A stretch of DNA of 64,000 nt from an uncultured Bacteroidales bacterium (GTDB lineage Bacteria; Bacteroidota; Bacteroidia; Bacteroidales; JAIOZK01). Location of the stretch: assembly GCA_964468645.1 (NCBI GenBank), contig CAYXUU010000029.1, forward strand, positions 14,084 through 78,083, in the 5' to 3' direction. Position numbers and translations under genes: made by a program. Of this stretch, positions 10,465 through 19,468 are shown piece after piece; within the stretch, counting starts at the first letter, position 1, and each line of letters opens with the position of its first letter. A model generated the notes under the pieces. The model saw only the letters and a program-made list of their open reading frames with translations, made no database searches and was not told the origin of the DNA.

Positions 10465-10665
10465 TTGATGGAATATCGTATTAATATTAAAAAGTCTGCA
10501 CTCAAAGAGTTACAAAGATGGGATACAAACCAAGCAACCGTAGAATTGAAAAAAGACTTTCGGCGAAATATCCAGAGAGCGATGTTAATTGGAAAGAGGC
10601 TTTGTCAAAAGAAAAAGCATCTAAAACAGGAGATGTTTTTCATTATACATTTGAAGTTCCAGTAA
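10465..10665 (+). CDS. 66-aa ORF with a RelE/ParE/YoeB-like N-terminus (MMEYRINIKKSALKELQRW); possibly a truncated or degenerate toxin
   Basis: The N-terminal 20 residues follow the M-x-Y-x-I-x-F-x-x-x-A-x-K-x-L pattern of RelE/ParE toxins, but the rest lacks the C-terminal catalytic region. It overlaps a 136-aa ORF in another frame (10518..10928). Confidence 0.25.
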   Translation: MMEYRINIKKSALKELQRWDTNQATVELKKDFRRNIQRAMLIGKRLCQKKKHLKQEMFFIIHLKFQ

Positions 10666-10928
10666 AATGGGTATTTAGATATGATTGTAAAGATTCTATT
10701 CCAAAACTCGAAAATCAAAATTTGAGGCTACAATGGGCATCACAAAATCCAAGGATTAGCCAAGATTTACATAAATTGGATATATCTCCAGAAAAGTTTA
10801 ATTGGTGGATGCGCAGTATTTATGTGAAAAACAAAGACGGATCAAAAACACCTGCTCTTTGGGTTAAAGGGTATTGCACAATGCTTTGTGTATTAAAACT
10901 ATTACCTCAAAATAATGAGAATATATAA
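10518..10928 (+). CDS. hypothetical protein (136 aa) in an alternative frame, overlapping the 66-aa ORF
   Basis: It is a long open frame with an ATG start and no recognisable motif. Either this ORF or the 66-aa ORF is likely real, but probably not both. Confidence 0.25.
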   Translation: MGYKPSNRRIEKRLSAKYPESDVNWKEALSKEKASKTGDVFHYTFEVPVKWVFRYDCKDSIPKLENQNLRLQWASQNPRISQDLHKLDISPEKFNWWMRSIYVKNKDGSKTPALWVKGYCTMLCVLKLLPQNNENI

Positions 10929-10972
10929 AGCACGAAACGCTAACAATGTTTCATCATGCTGGGTACACACAC

Positions 10973-11082
10973 GCTATAAATGCTATTTGGCGGACAGTAC
11001 AGAATGAAACAACATAGCAATACGACGTGATAAAAAGAAAAATATATAGCGCTGCTATTAGTGCCAAACAGCATTTATAGCC
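10973..11082. repeat. inverted repeat (about 19-bp arms, 18/19 matching, roughly 65-nt spacer) upstream of the Reg_prop/T9SS gene
   Basis: The left arm gctataaatgctatttggcgg (10973-10993) pairs with the reverse complement of ccaaacagcatttatagcc (about 11063-11082). There are additional ttggcgg/ccgccaa complementarities. Confidence 0.5.
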
Positions 11083-11128
11083 ATCGTTGCCGCCAATAAT
11101 TAGGTGCCTTGAAAATGAGTTTTAGTTA

Positions 11129-13291
11129 ATGAATTTTGAGAACAAATTTTTTGCAAACCATTGCAGTAGCAGGATAACAGTAGCTAGATCAAAGCAGGTC
11201 TTATTCCTGTTAATGTCTTTTTTTAGCCTGATTTATCATGTTAGTGCCCAAAATTCTGAATGGCTGATTTATACATGTGGTAAGACAGTTAATGCATTGG
11301 CTGATGAAGGCAATGTAATATGGATAGGTACCTCCGGTGGTTTAGTGAAGCTTGACAAAACCACGGGTATCAAAACATTTTTTAATACTTCAAACTCGGG
11401 TTTACCAAGCATTGAAGTATATTCAATTGCCATCGACCATTATGGGATTAAGTGGATTGGAACTTGGCGAGGATTATCGAGATTTGATGGAAAAAAATGG
11501 ACCACATACAAACCTTCAAATTCCGGATTACCTGCAAGTACGGTTTTTGATATAGTCATTGACGAAAATGGTTCAAAGTGGATAGCTACCTGGGGAGGTG
11601 GAATGGCAAAACTTGACGGATCATATTGGACTGTTTTTAACCGGATAAACTCAGGAATACCTGATGATGATGTTCGTTCAATTACCATTGCTGAAAACGG
11701 GGAGATGTGGATCGGTACATGGGATGGACTGGCAAAATATGATGGAGTTAACTGGACAATTTTTAACACGCTTAATTCAGGATTACCCTCAGATTATGTC
11801 ATGACGGTGGCGATAGATGAAAACGGATCGAAATGGATAGGAACCGAGCACCATGGAATAGCACTTTTTGACGATACAACCTGGATAATCTACAATATGG
11901 CAAATTCTGAATTGCCTTCTAATTGGATTACCTCAATAATAATTGATGAATATAATACAAAATGGATTGGGACCTGGGGAGGTCTGTCAAAATTCGATGG
12001 CACTAACTGGACAATATATAATGTACAAAACTCAGGTTTGCCACATCGTCGTGTTTATTCTATAACCATTGATAGCAACGAACTGAAGTGGATTGGAACC
12101 GGTTTTGGATTGGCAAAATTCAATGAAACTGAATGGGAAACATACAATACATCAAATTCGGGTTTGCCGGATAATTATATCGAGTCAATAGCTTTTGATG
12201 AATCTGGCGCAAAATGGATTGGAACATGGGCTGGAGTGGCACAGTTTAATGGATCTGATTGGACAACTTACAATATGATTAATTCACATATTCCTGACGA
12301 AAATATACGATCAGTGGTTATTGATGAGAACGATTCAAAGTGGATTGGCACATTGGATGGATTGGCAAAACTTGAAGGTACAGATTGGACTGTATTTAAC
12401 ACATCTAACTCAGGGCTACCTTCTAATCATATCACTTCGATAGCTTTGGATAGAAATCAATGCAAATGGATTGGAACTGCCCATGACGGATTAGCAAAAT
12501 TCAAAGGAACGGACTGGATCATATACAACACTTCCAATTCGGAACTGCCTGATGATGATATCAATTCATTAGCAGTTGAAGATAACCTTTTACTCTGGAT
12601 TGGAACAGATGAAGGATTGGCTAAATTTGATGGATCGGAATGGACAATATACAACACTGCAAATTCGGGATTACCTGATAATAAAATCTTTGCGATAATC
12701 ATTGAGGAAAATGGATCAAAGTGGATCGGTACCTGGGGAGGAATTACCCAATTTAACGGAATTGACTGGAACACTTTCAATACATTGAATTCGGAACTAC
12801 CAGATAACCTTGTCTTTTCATTAGCCATTGATGGAAACAATTCTAAATGGATTGGCACACGTGGGGGACTTGCAAAATATGACGGATCAAACTGGACAAT
12901 ATTCACCACATCAAATTCATATTTACCAGGTAACGGCATAAAATCTTTGGCAATTGATGAATATGAAACAAAGTGGATTGGTACTTTTGGTACTGGATTC
13001 GCTGTTTATAATGAAAATGGCATTCCCACAAAAGTTTTGGATAAACCACTAACTGATAATCAACTAACGGTATTCCCTAATCCATGTAATAATTATCTAA
13101 ACATTAAACGATTCATCAATAGTGCTGCATGCCTAATTCAAATGTTCGATATGCATGGAAATCTTGTAAAGATTGAAAGTATCACCAATGATTGCAAAAT
13201 AATAGACGTGAGTGATTTAGTCAGCGGAATATATATAATCGTTGTTTATGATGATACGAGGATTTTAACGGAGAAGTTCATTAAGCACTAA
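11129..13291 (+). CDS. secreted beta-propeller protein built from about 12 Reg_prop (two-component-regulator-propeller) repeats, with a T9SS type-A C-terminal sorting domain and no kinase or transmembrane module
   Basis: A repeat unit recurs about every 47 aa: KWIGTxxGLAKFDGxxWTxYNTxNSGLPxNxIxSIAIDENGSKWIGTW. The C-terminal roughly 80 aa (LTVFPNPCNNYLNIKR...VSDLVSGIYIIVVYDDTRILTEKFIKH) match the Por/T9SS sorting-domain pattern. Confidence 0.8.
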   Translation: MNFENKFFANHCSSRITVARSKQVLFLLMSFFSLIYHVSAQNSEWLIYTCGKTVNALADEGNVIWIGTSGGLVKLDKTTGIKTFFNTSNSGLPSIEVYSIAIDHYGIKWIGTWRGLSRFDGKKWTTYKPSNSGLPASTVFDIVIDENGSKWIATWGGGMAKLDGSYWTVFNRINSGIPDDDVRSITIAENGEMWIGTWDGLAKYDGVNWTIFNTLNSGLPSDYVMTVAIDENGSKWIGTEHHGIALFDDTTWIIYNMANSELPSNWITSIIIDEYNTKWIGTWGGLSKFDGTNWTIYNVQNSGLPHRRVYSITIDSNELKWIGTGFGLAKFNETEWETYNTSNSGLPDNYIESIAFDESGAKWIGTWAGVAQFNGSDWTTYNMINSHIPDENIRSVVIDENDSKWIGTLDGLAKLEGTDWTVFNTSNSGLPSNHITSIALDRNQCKWIGTAHDGLAKFKGTDWIIYNTSNSELPDDDINSLAVEDNLLLWIGTDEGLAKFDGSEWTIYNTANSGLPDNKIFAIIIEENGSKWIGTWGGITQFNGIDWNTFNTLNSELPDNLVFSLAIDGNNSKWIGTRGGLAKYDGSNWTIFTTSNSYLPGNGIKSLAIDEYETKWIGTFGTGFAVYNENGIPTKVLDKPLTDNQLTVFPNPCNNYLNIKRFINSAACLIQMFDMHGNLVKIESITNDCKIIDVSDLVSGIYIIVVYDDTRILTEKFIKH

Positions 13292-13318
13292 TAGCTCAAC
13301 CCATAAAACTTCATAGTT

Positions 13319-14404
13319 TTATTCATTCTTAATCAACACATCTATCGCCCCCACCCCATACTTCGCAAGTGAGGCAGGCTGATCTTCCATATTCTCATAT
13401 TCCTTCAGCAGCCTGGCCAATTCATCCCTTAAAACTCCATTGCCCACCCCATGAATAAATGTTACCCTAGAATAATTCTCAGCTATCGCACTTTCAAGGG
13501 CTTTCACAAAATAATCTTTCTGCAGTTTCAGCATGTCATGGCCTGATAGTCCGGTGATATTGTTTACAAGTTCTCCTATATGCAAATCAACAACAGCCTC
13601 TCCTTCTGCGGTTGCATGCTTTTCAATAAAAGCTTTTTCTTTTTTTACATGTGGCTTTCTGCCAACATGTTCCTGAGCTTCAAACTTCTTATCTTTAATG
13701 GACCTGGAATAAACCGGATGTATGTTCATTTCAACAAGTGAAATTACAAAAGCTTTTTCATCAAGTATTGGTGTTTCTTTATAATTTCCCTCTTTGTAGA
13801 TTCTTGCCGGTTTTATATCAAAAACTGCATTGGCCGGCATCAAAAGGCTTTGCATCTTATCACTGTGGAATAGCAGTTGTATCACCCCATCAGTCCATGT
13901 TTCGATATCCTCACGTTCAATGGTGTCAAGAAGGATTTTTGTTCGTGGTTCGAGCACATCATAGTCTATCCCATCGTAAGTTCCCTCGGCATTATGCAAC
14001 ACAACACTGTATAAAACCTCATATCCTGTGTAATTAACCAGGTAAATATCTATCAGGCCCGTGATCAGCCATCGCTGATCCTGCGGTACCCAGGCCAGGT
14101 AAATTCCATCTGCCAATTCACCCCTGAATCCAAGTTTTCTGATGGCTGATTTACTGGAATCTGTCTCTTCTTCATCCAAAGGAGGAAGAATGATCTCTTC
14201 TGTGGGCCCAGGAACAAATATGGGCCTTGTCTCACCTGCCTTTTCAGCTTCATCCAGAACAAGTTCGGCCGGAACAACCGGTATTTCAAATCCATCCTCT
14301 ATGGCGACATGTACAAGCGAAGGGCTGATAATTTTACTGATCACTCCACCACCCTTTTCGTTCAGGAATTTAACCCTGTCTCCTACCTTGAATTTCATAA
14401 CCAA
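13319..14404 (-). CDS. Smr-domain protein (N-terminal KOW/DUF2027-like domain plus C-terminal Smr nuclease domain)
   Basis: The C-terminus carries VVDLHIGELV...VTFIHGVGNGVLRDEL, matching the DLHG...IHGKG Smr signature. Confidence 0.75.
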   Translation of the reverse strand: MVMKFKVGDRVKFLNEKGGGVISKIISPSLVHVAIEDGFEIPVVPAELVLDEAEKAGETRPIFVPGPTEEIILPPLDEEETDSSKSAIRKLGFRGELADGIYLAWVPQDQRWLITGLIDIYLVNYTGYEVLYSVVLHNAEGTYDGIDYDVLEPRTKILLDTIEREDIETWTDGVIQLLFHSDKMQSLLMPANAVFDIKPARIYKEGNYKETPILDEKAFVISLVEMNIHPVYSRSIKDKKFEAQEHVGRKPHVKKEKAFIEKHATAEGEAVVDLHIGELVNNITGLSGHDMLKLQKDYFVKALESAIAENYSRVTFIHGVGNGVLRDELARLLKEYENMEDQPASLAKYGVGAIDVLIKNE

Positions 14405-14561
14405 TTATTTAATACGGCAAAATTAGGCATTATTACGAAATAGGTTAGGCAAAGCAAGCGATGTTATTTCGTAACAATGCCTTTGTTGAAGATATCCAGT
14501 TAACAATTATTTGTAATACATTCTAAATTAAATATACTTCCAAAACCAATAAATAATTTCA

Positions 14562-14569
14562 TAAATTTG
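14562..14569 (+). promoter_or_regulatory. candidate Bacteroidota sigma-A -7 box (TAAATTTG, TAnnTTTG consensus) upstream of the TonB-dependent receptor gene
   Basis: The motif matches TAnnTTTG and lies 24 nt upstream of the ATG at 14593. Confidence 0.3.
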
Positions 14570-14592
14570 TATTGCTATAAATTAAATATGTT

Positions 14593-16944
14593 ATGGGGAA
14601 CCATCTAATACTTATTATTATCACTCTAATAACAACAACCTTATCAGGTTTTGCACAAAACGATGGAAAACTCGAAGGAATTGCATATAACATGGAAACC
14701 GGTTTGCCGGTAAACAATGTTGACGTAGTTGTTTCACCAGGGGGATCGGGTACAGTTACAGACGACAATGGAAACTTTTCAATTCCGCAACTAGAACCTG
14801 GAATATACCGGGTATTCTTTACCCATATCGGATTTCAGGATCTTGAAAAAAGTGTAAGGATCACCGCTAATCAAACCAGTAGTGTCAACATTAATCTTAT
14901 CCCAAAAACAGAACAGCTTAAGGAGGTTGTTATTTCTGAACAGGCCGAAGATATCATTAAGGCCCCATACATTATTGAAAGCATACACGAACTTGAGATA
15001 CAGCAACACCCGGCAAGGGATATCGGTGATTACCTGAGAAATACACCTAACCTTTCCGGTATCAGGAAGGGGGGCGCCGGTATTGATCCGGTAGTCAGGG
15101 GATTCAAATTTAAACAGCTTAATGTAATTGTTAACGGTGCAATCAAAATTGAAGGAGGATGTCCAAACCGTATGGATCCTGCTGTTTCCCATATCGATAT
15201 TGATGATATTAAGAAAATTGAAGTTTACAAAGGCCCGTTTGCACTGAGGTACGGCCCGAATTTCGGCGGTATTATTAATCTTAGCACCAACCATCCTTTC
15301 ACTGAAAAAGAATTCAGTACAAAGATTGCGGCAGCAACGGGTTTTGAAAGTAACTGGAATGGGAATAAAGAACGGCTTGGGATTACAGCCGGAAATAACA
15401 GGGTTTACCTTAAGTTGTCAGGGAATCATAAAAAATATGGTGATTATAAAGCGGGCAATGATGTCACGATGAATGCGGCCTTTACGAAGTATAATTATAC
15501 AGCCTTACTCGGTGTTTCCCCGGCCGATAATCACCATCTGACGATTTCTTTCGACCGGTCGTACGGAAGGAATTTAAGTTTTCCTGCCCTACCCATGGAC
15601 GAACGCTCCGACGATACACAGATATCTTCATTCGAATATAATGGAATACTTTCCGGAAAGTACATAAAAAGTATTAAAGCTAAAATGTATAACTCCGATG
15701 TCCACCATATTATGGACAATAAAGAAAGGCCATTCTCAGATACTGTAGTGGCCGTTTCTGATATCAAAGCAAGAAATACCGGCGGAAGGGCTGAAACACA
15801 GATCGGGATAAAAGGCCATGAAATTTTCATCGGGGTAGATTATGAGAATATTTATAAGGACGGACAGCGTACCAAGAGTTTTATTATGCAGCCTAACCTG
15901 CCCGTTAAGATTGAAAGTTTATGGAATAATGCCAGGATTAATAACACCGGATTTTTTACATCCTGGAATAAAAACACCGATAAGCTTGACTTGTTAGCTG
16001 CCGCACGGATCGATCTGAACAATGCAAGCAGTGGCATCCTCCAATCATTGAACATGAAAGGGGAAACAATGTATTCTAATAACAACACCGATTCGAAATA
16101 TACAAACCTTAGCATCAGTGCAGGGGTATTGGCCCACCTGCTTCATAATCTTGATATTGGTGTATCAATAGGAAGAGGGGTAAGAAGCCCTGACATGACA
16201 GAGCGCTTTATTATCCTGTTGCCTGTTGGATACGACAGGTTTGATTATCTGGGTAATCCCCAGCTTAAACCTGAGAATAATCATGAGATAGATATCAAGG
16301 TAGAATATCTGACAAAAAGAGCCTGCGTATTTAACATCAGCGGCTTCTTTTCTTATGTAACCGATTATATTACAGGTAAAGAAGTGCCGCCATCCGAAGT
16401 CAAGCCACAAACAAAAGATGTCCTGGGGGTAAAGGAATTTATCAATATTGACCATGCCTATTTGTATGGATTCGAATTTGTTTATCAATCAGGTTTATTC
16501 GGCAATTTCAGCTTATATGCAGATGTAGCTGCTACATATGGTATCAATCCATCGGCTGTTAAGTATTTAATTGAGAATGGTCAGGTGGTTGGAGAGGAGA
16601 TCGTAAAAAATGATCCGCTTCCGGAAATTCCACCGCTGGAATCAAATATTGCTTTTACATATCGATTATTCAATAACAGGCTAATTCCGGAAATTTCAAT
16701 CAGGATGGTAGCCGCTCAGAAGAAACTATCGGAATCATACTATGAAGTAGAAACCCCGGGAATTGCCACTTTGAATTTTTCCCTGCAATACAACTTCAAC
16801 GATTATCTTAAACTTAACGGAGGTATTAACAATATCTTTAATAAAGGATATTACGAACATTTGAACAGGATTATTATCGGAAGTAATACACCATATTATG
16901 AGCCTGGAAGAATCTTTTATGTAAACCTTATTTTTAACATCTGA
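14593..16944 (+). CDS. TonB-dependent receptor (N-terminal carboxypeptidase-regulatory-like domain, plug, 22-strand barrel). A candidate MbnT-like transporter given its neighbours.
   Basis: It has a signal peptide, a CarbopepD_reg-like segment (GIAYNMETGLPVNNVDVVVSPGG...GNFSI), a plug motif region (DPVVRGF...NVIVNGAIKIEGG) and a long beta-barrel rich in alternating aromatic residues. Length is 783 aa. Confidence 0.85.
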   Translation: MGNHLILIIITLITTTLSGFAQNDGKLEGIAYNMETGLPVNNVDVVVSPGGSGTVTDDNGNFSIPQLEPGIYRVFFTHIGFQDLEKSVRITANQTSSVNINLIPKTEQLKEVVISEQAEDIIKAPYIIESIHELEIQQHPARDIGDYLRNTPNLSGIRKGGAGIDPVVRGFKFKQLNVIVNGAIKIEGGCPNRMDPAVSHIDIDDIKKIEVYKGPFALRYGPNFGGIINLSTNHPFTEKEFSTKIAAATGFESNWNGNKERLGITAGNNRVYLKLSGNHKKYGDYKAGNDVTMNAAFTKYNYTALLGVSPADNHHLTISFDRSYGRNLSFPALPMDERSDDTQISSFEYNGILSGKYIKSIKAKMYNSDVHHIMDNKERPFSDTVVAVSDIKARNTGGRAETQIGIKGHEIFIGVDYENIYKDGQRTKSFIMQPNLPVKIESLWNNARINNTGFFTSWNKNTDKLDLLAAARIDLNNASSGILQSLNMKGETMYSNNNTDSKYTNLSISAGVLAHLLHNLDIGVSIGRGVRSPDMTERFIILLPVGYDRFDYLGNPQLKPENNHEIDIKVEYLTKRACVFNISGFFSYVTDYITGKEVPPSEVKPQTKDVLGVKEFINIDHAYLYGFEFVYQSGLFGNFSLYADVAATYGINPSAVKYLIENGQVVGEEIVKNDPLPEIPPLESNIAFTYRLFNNRLIPEISIRMVAAQKKLSESYYEVETPGIATLNFSLQYNFNDYLKLNGGINNIFNKGYYEHLNRIIIGSNTPYYEPGRIFYVNLIFNI

Positions 16945-17339
16945 TGATAAGCGGAAAAATGAAACATTTACAACTAATAAAAATTACTGTAATGACACTT
17001 ATGGTATTGTTTATTCATAATTCATGCGATATCAATGAGGAAGAAAGGTCTGTCACCTACAGGATATCAAATAATCATTCGGGATTTGATGTGACCTATC
17101 GAATTGCTGATGGAAGCCTCAACAAAGCAACAATAGATATTTCAAGCAAAGAAGATATCTGGACCTATAATTTCACAGGAACTGAAGGTGATATAGTTTA
17201 TGTATCGGCAAATTATAAGGATATCAATACGGGGATCAGGATTCAGATACTTCTAGATGGAAAGACTTTTAAACAGGGATCGAGTTTGTATGATACGTTG
17301 AATTTTGTTACCGTTTCGGGGACAATTCCATACAAATAA
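16944..17339 (+). CDS. small lipoprotein (131 aa) in the TBDR operon
   Basis: ATGA start/stop overlap with the receptor gene. It contains VMTLMVLFIHNSC, a lipobox-like segment. Confidence 0.5.
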   Translation: MISGKMKHLQLIKITVMTLMVLFIHNSCDINEEERSVTYRISNNHSGFDVTYRIADGSLNKATIDISSKEDIWTYNFTGTEGDIVYVSANYKDINTGIRIQILLDGKTFKQGSSLYDTLNFVTVSGTIPYK

Positions 17340-17360
17340 TATTGGCTACTTAACTTTCGT

Positions 17361-18182
17361 TTGATTTATATGAAATATATTTTGAATAAAACTTCAGTAT
17401 TAAAATTGGTAATACCGGTATTCATTCTCGTTATTGCTGTCATTTCATGCACTGAAACCAACAAACCGGAAACAGAACAACAGCATATCGTTATCCATTT
17501 CAAACACATGAACAATAATTCGGATCTGCAGTTTGACACCATGATCTATATCAATGAAGCCGGAAATAAATACCTGGTCAACGAGATACAATATTTCATT
17601 TCGGATATTAAGCTATATCAATCAAATGGCACTGTTTTTCTGATCGATGATTGGAAGGACATTCATTATGTCGATACTGATATTCCATCAACCCATACCT
17701 GGACTGTTTTTGATGAAATCCCTGCCGGGAACTATGATTCCATAGGATTTACTTTTGGAATAAATCAGGAGAAGAATCAGTCTTTTATGTTTGTCAATCC
17801 CCCGGAACGTGACATGTTCTGGCCGGAGTTTCTGGGTGGTGGATATCATTATATGAAATTAAATGGTAAATGGCTTGACACAAACAATTTCATAGCTCCT
17901 TTTGATTTTCATATGGGAATAGGCCAGATCTACCATTCCTACCCCGATTCTATTACCGGGTTTGTGCATAATGATTTTGAAGTAAGCCTGCCTAATTCAT
18001 CTTTTACCCTTCATGTGGGTGAAACAAAAGAGTTTGATCTAATAATGAATATCCAAAACTGGTTTAACGATCCGCATACTTATAACCATAATGTATGGGG
18101 CGGTTATATTATGCAAAACCAGGATGCAATGAAACTGGCTAGTGAGAATGGATATGATGTATTTACTTTAGAAATAAAATGA
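17361..18182 (+). CDS. periplasmic MbnP-like protein (putative copper-binding partner of a di-haem peroxidase)
   Basis: A 273-aa secreted lipoprotein (VIAVISC). It sits immediately upstream of, and overlaps by 4 nt, a di-haem cytochrome c peroxidase gene and downstream of a TonB-dependent receptor. That is the context that defines MbnP/MbnH pairs. Conserved His/Trp-rich segments are present (HYVDTDIPSTHTW, FHMGIGQIYHSY). The family call is contextual. Confidence 0.5.
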   Translation: MIYMKYILNKTSVLKLVIPVFILVIAVISCTETNKPETEQQHIVIHFKHMNNNSDLQFDTMIYINEAGNKYLVNEIQYFISDIKLYQSNGTVFLIDDWKDIHYVDTDIPSTHTWTVFDEIPAGNYDSIGFTFGINQEKNQSFMFVNPPERDMFWPEFLGGGYHYMKLNGKWLDTNNFIAPFDFHMGIGQIYHSYPDSITGFVHNDFEVSLPNSSFTLHVGETKEFDLIMNIQNWFNDPHTYNHNVWGGYIMQNQDAMKLASENGYDVFTLEIK

Positions 18183-19396
18183 AATCTCTACATTCTTACA
18201 TACAGCAGATATTATTCTCAGTGACACTCCGTGAAAAAGATTCTCGAAGTTCACATTACAGAACTTTTGCCTTTTTCCTTTTTCCTTTTGCCCTGTTAGT
18301 ATTCTCCTGCCAGGATAACAATGATGACGACCTACCTTACCAGCCAACACCTTACGAAATTGATATCCCCTTTGGTTTTCCTACTATCCTAAATATCCCT
18401 GATGACAACCCAATGACTGTTGAAGGAGTTGAACTTGGACGATATCTGTTTTATGATGGAAGATTATCAGGCCGTGCACACCCTGACTCTTTGATGAGTT
18501 GTGCCACCTGTCATATACAGGCCAATTCATTTGAATGTGGGATTAACCATCCCGAATTTTCAGGGGGATTCCCTCACGGGATAACCGGTAAGCAAACACC
18601 ACATGTTATGTTACCCCTGATTAACCTGGTTTGGAATAGCAGCGGTTATTTGTGGAATGGATTTATTTACAGGGATAACCCACTTCCACAATTCAGGAAT
18701 ATTGAAGACCTGGTATGGATGGGTGTGGTAGCCGAGCATGAGATGAATAGTGATACCAATCGTGCCAAAGCAATGATACAAAGCATACCCGGATACCCGG
18801 AATTATTTATGAAAGCTTTTGGATCAGGTACAGTGACGATGAAGAATATGGGTAAAGCCGTTGCACAATTCATCAGGACATTTATTTCAGCGGACTCAAA
18901 ATTTGATAAGTATCTACGAGGTGAGGTACAATTATCACAATCAGAACTAAACGGATTTGTCCTGTTTACCACTGAGGAAGGTGCTGATTGCTTCCATTGT
19001 CATGGTGGATCAGGCAATCCCCTGTTTACGACCAATTTATACTATAATAATGGGAAGGATACTATATTTGATGATCCGCGTGACAGATATAACATTTCCG
19101 GTGATCCCCAGGATAAAGGTGCATACAAAGCAACTACATTAAGGAATATTGAACTAACAGGCCCATTTATGCATGACGGGCGTTTTGGTACCCTGGAAGA
19201 AGTTATTGACTTCTACTCCCATCATCTGTTATGGTCCCCTTATATCGATCCATTGATGCACCATATTGCAAATGGAGGTGTACAGCTCACACCGAATGAA
19301 AAGGCAGATCTGACTGCCTTTATAAAGACGCTTAAAGATGAGGAATTTTTAACCAATCCCGCATTCGGGCCTCCTGATAAGTTTCCGGATGAGTAA
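18179..19396 (+). CDS. di-haem cytochrome c peroxidase family protein (MauG/CCP/MbnH-like)
   Basis: It has two CxxCH haem motifs (CATCH, CFHCH) about 165 aa apart and the family signature TLRNIELTGPFMHDG...TLEEVIDFY. It also has a lipoprotein-type signal. Confidence 0.8.
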   Translation: MKSLHSYIQQILFSVTLREKDSRSSHYRTFAFFLFPFALLVFSCQDNNDDDLPYQPTPYEIDIPFGFPTILNIPDDNPMTVEGVELGRYLFYDGRLSGRAHPDSLMSCATCHIQANSFECGINHPEFSGGFPHGITGKQTPHVMLPLINLVWNSSGYLWNGFIYRDNPLPQFRNIEDLVWMGVVAEHEMNSDTNRAKAMIQSIPGYPELFMKAFGSGTVTMKNMGKAVAQFIRTFISADSKFDKYLRGEVQLSQSELNGFVLFTTEEGADCFHCHGGSGNPLFTTNLYYNNGKDTIFDDPRDRYNISGDPQDKGAYKATTLRNIELTGPFMHDGRFGTLEEVIDFYSHHLLWSPYIDPLMHHIANGGVQLTPNEKADLTAFIKTLKDEEFLTNPAFGPPDKFPDE

Positions 19397-19468
19397 TCCA
19401 ATACCTGTTGAATTAGAAAGCATACATCGAACATCATCCAATCCTAAATCGCCCAATCGCCCAATCTC

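Noticed and set aside
11440-12939. Antisense ORFs of 109 and 160 aa (11440..11769 and 12457..12939, minus strand) inside the Reg_prop gene
   Set aside because: They mirror the repeat structure of the sense gene (repeated ...IPPQVPIHF... units). They are a by-product of the periodic codon composition of the propeller repeats and are not independent genes.
14791-16488. Minus-strand ORFs of 87-167 aa inside the TonB-dependent receptor gene
   Set aside because: They are antisense to a confidently assigned gene and have no motifs.
17361-18182. Imelysin (EfeO-like) assignment for the protein preceding the di-haem peroxidase
   Set aside because: Imelysins are typically about 350-400 aa with a GxHxxE motif, which I do not see. 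At 273 aa, the size and context fit MbnP better. I retain this alternative as the refutation condition.
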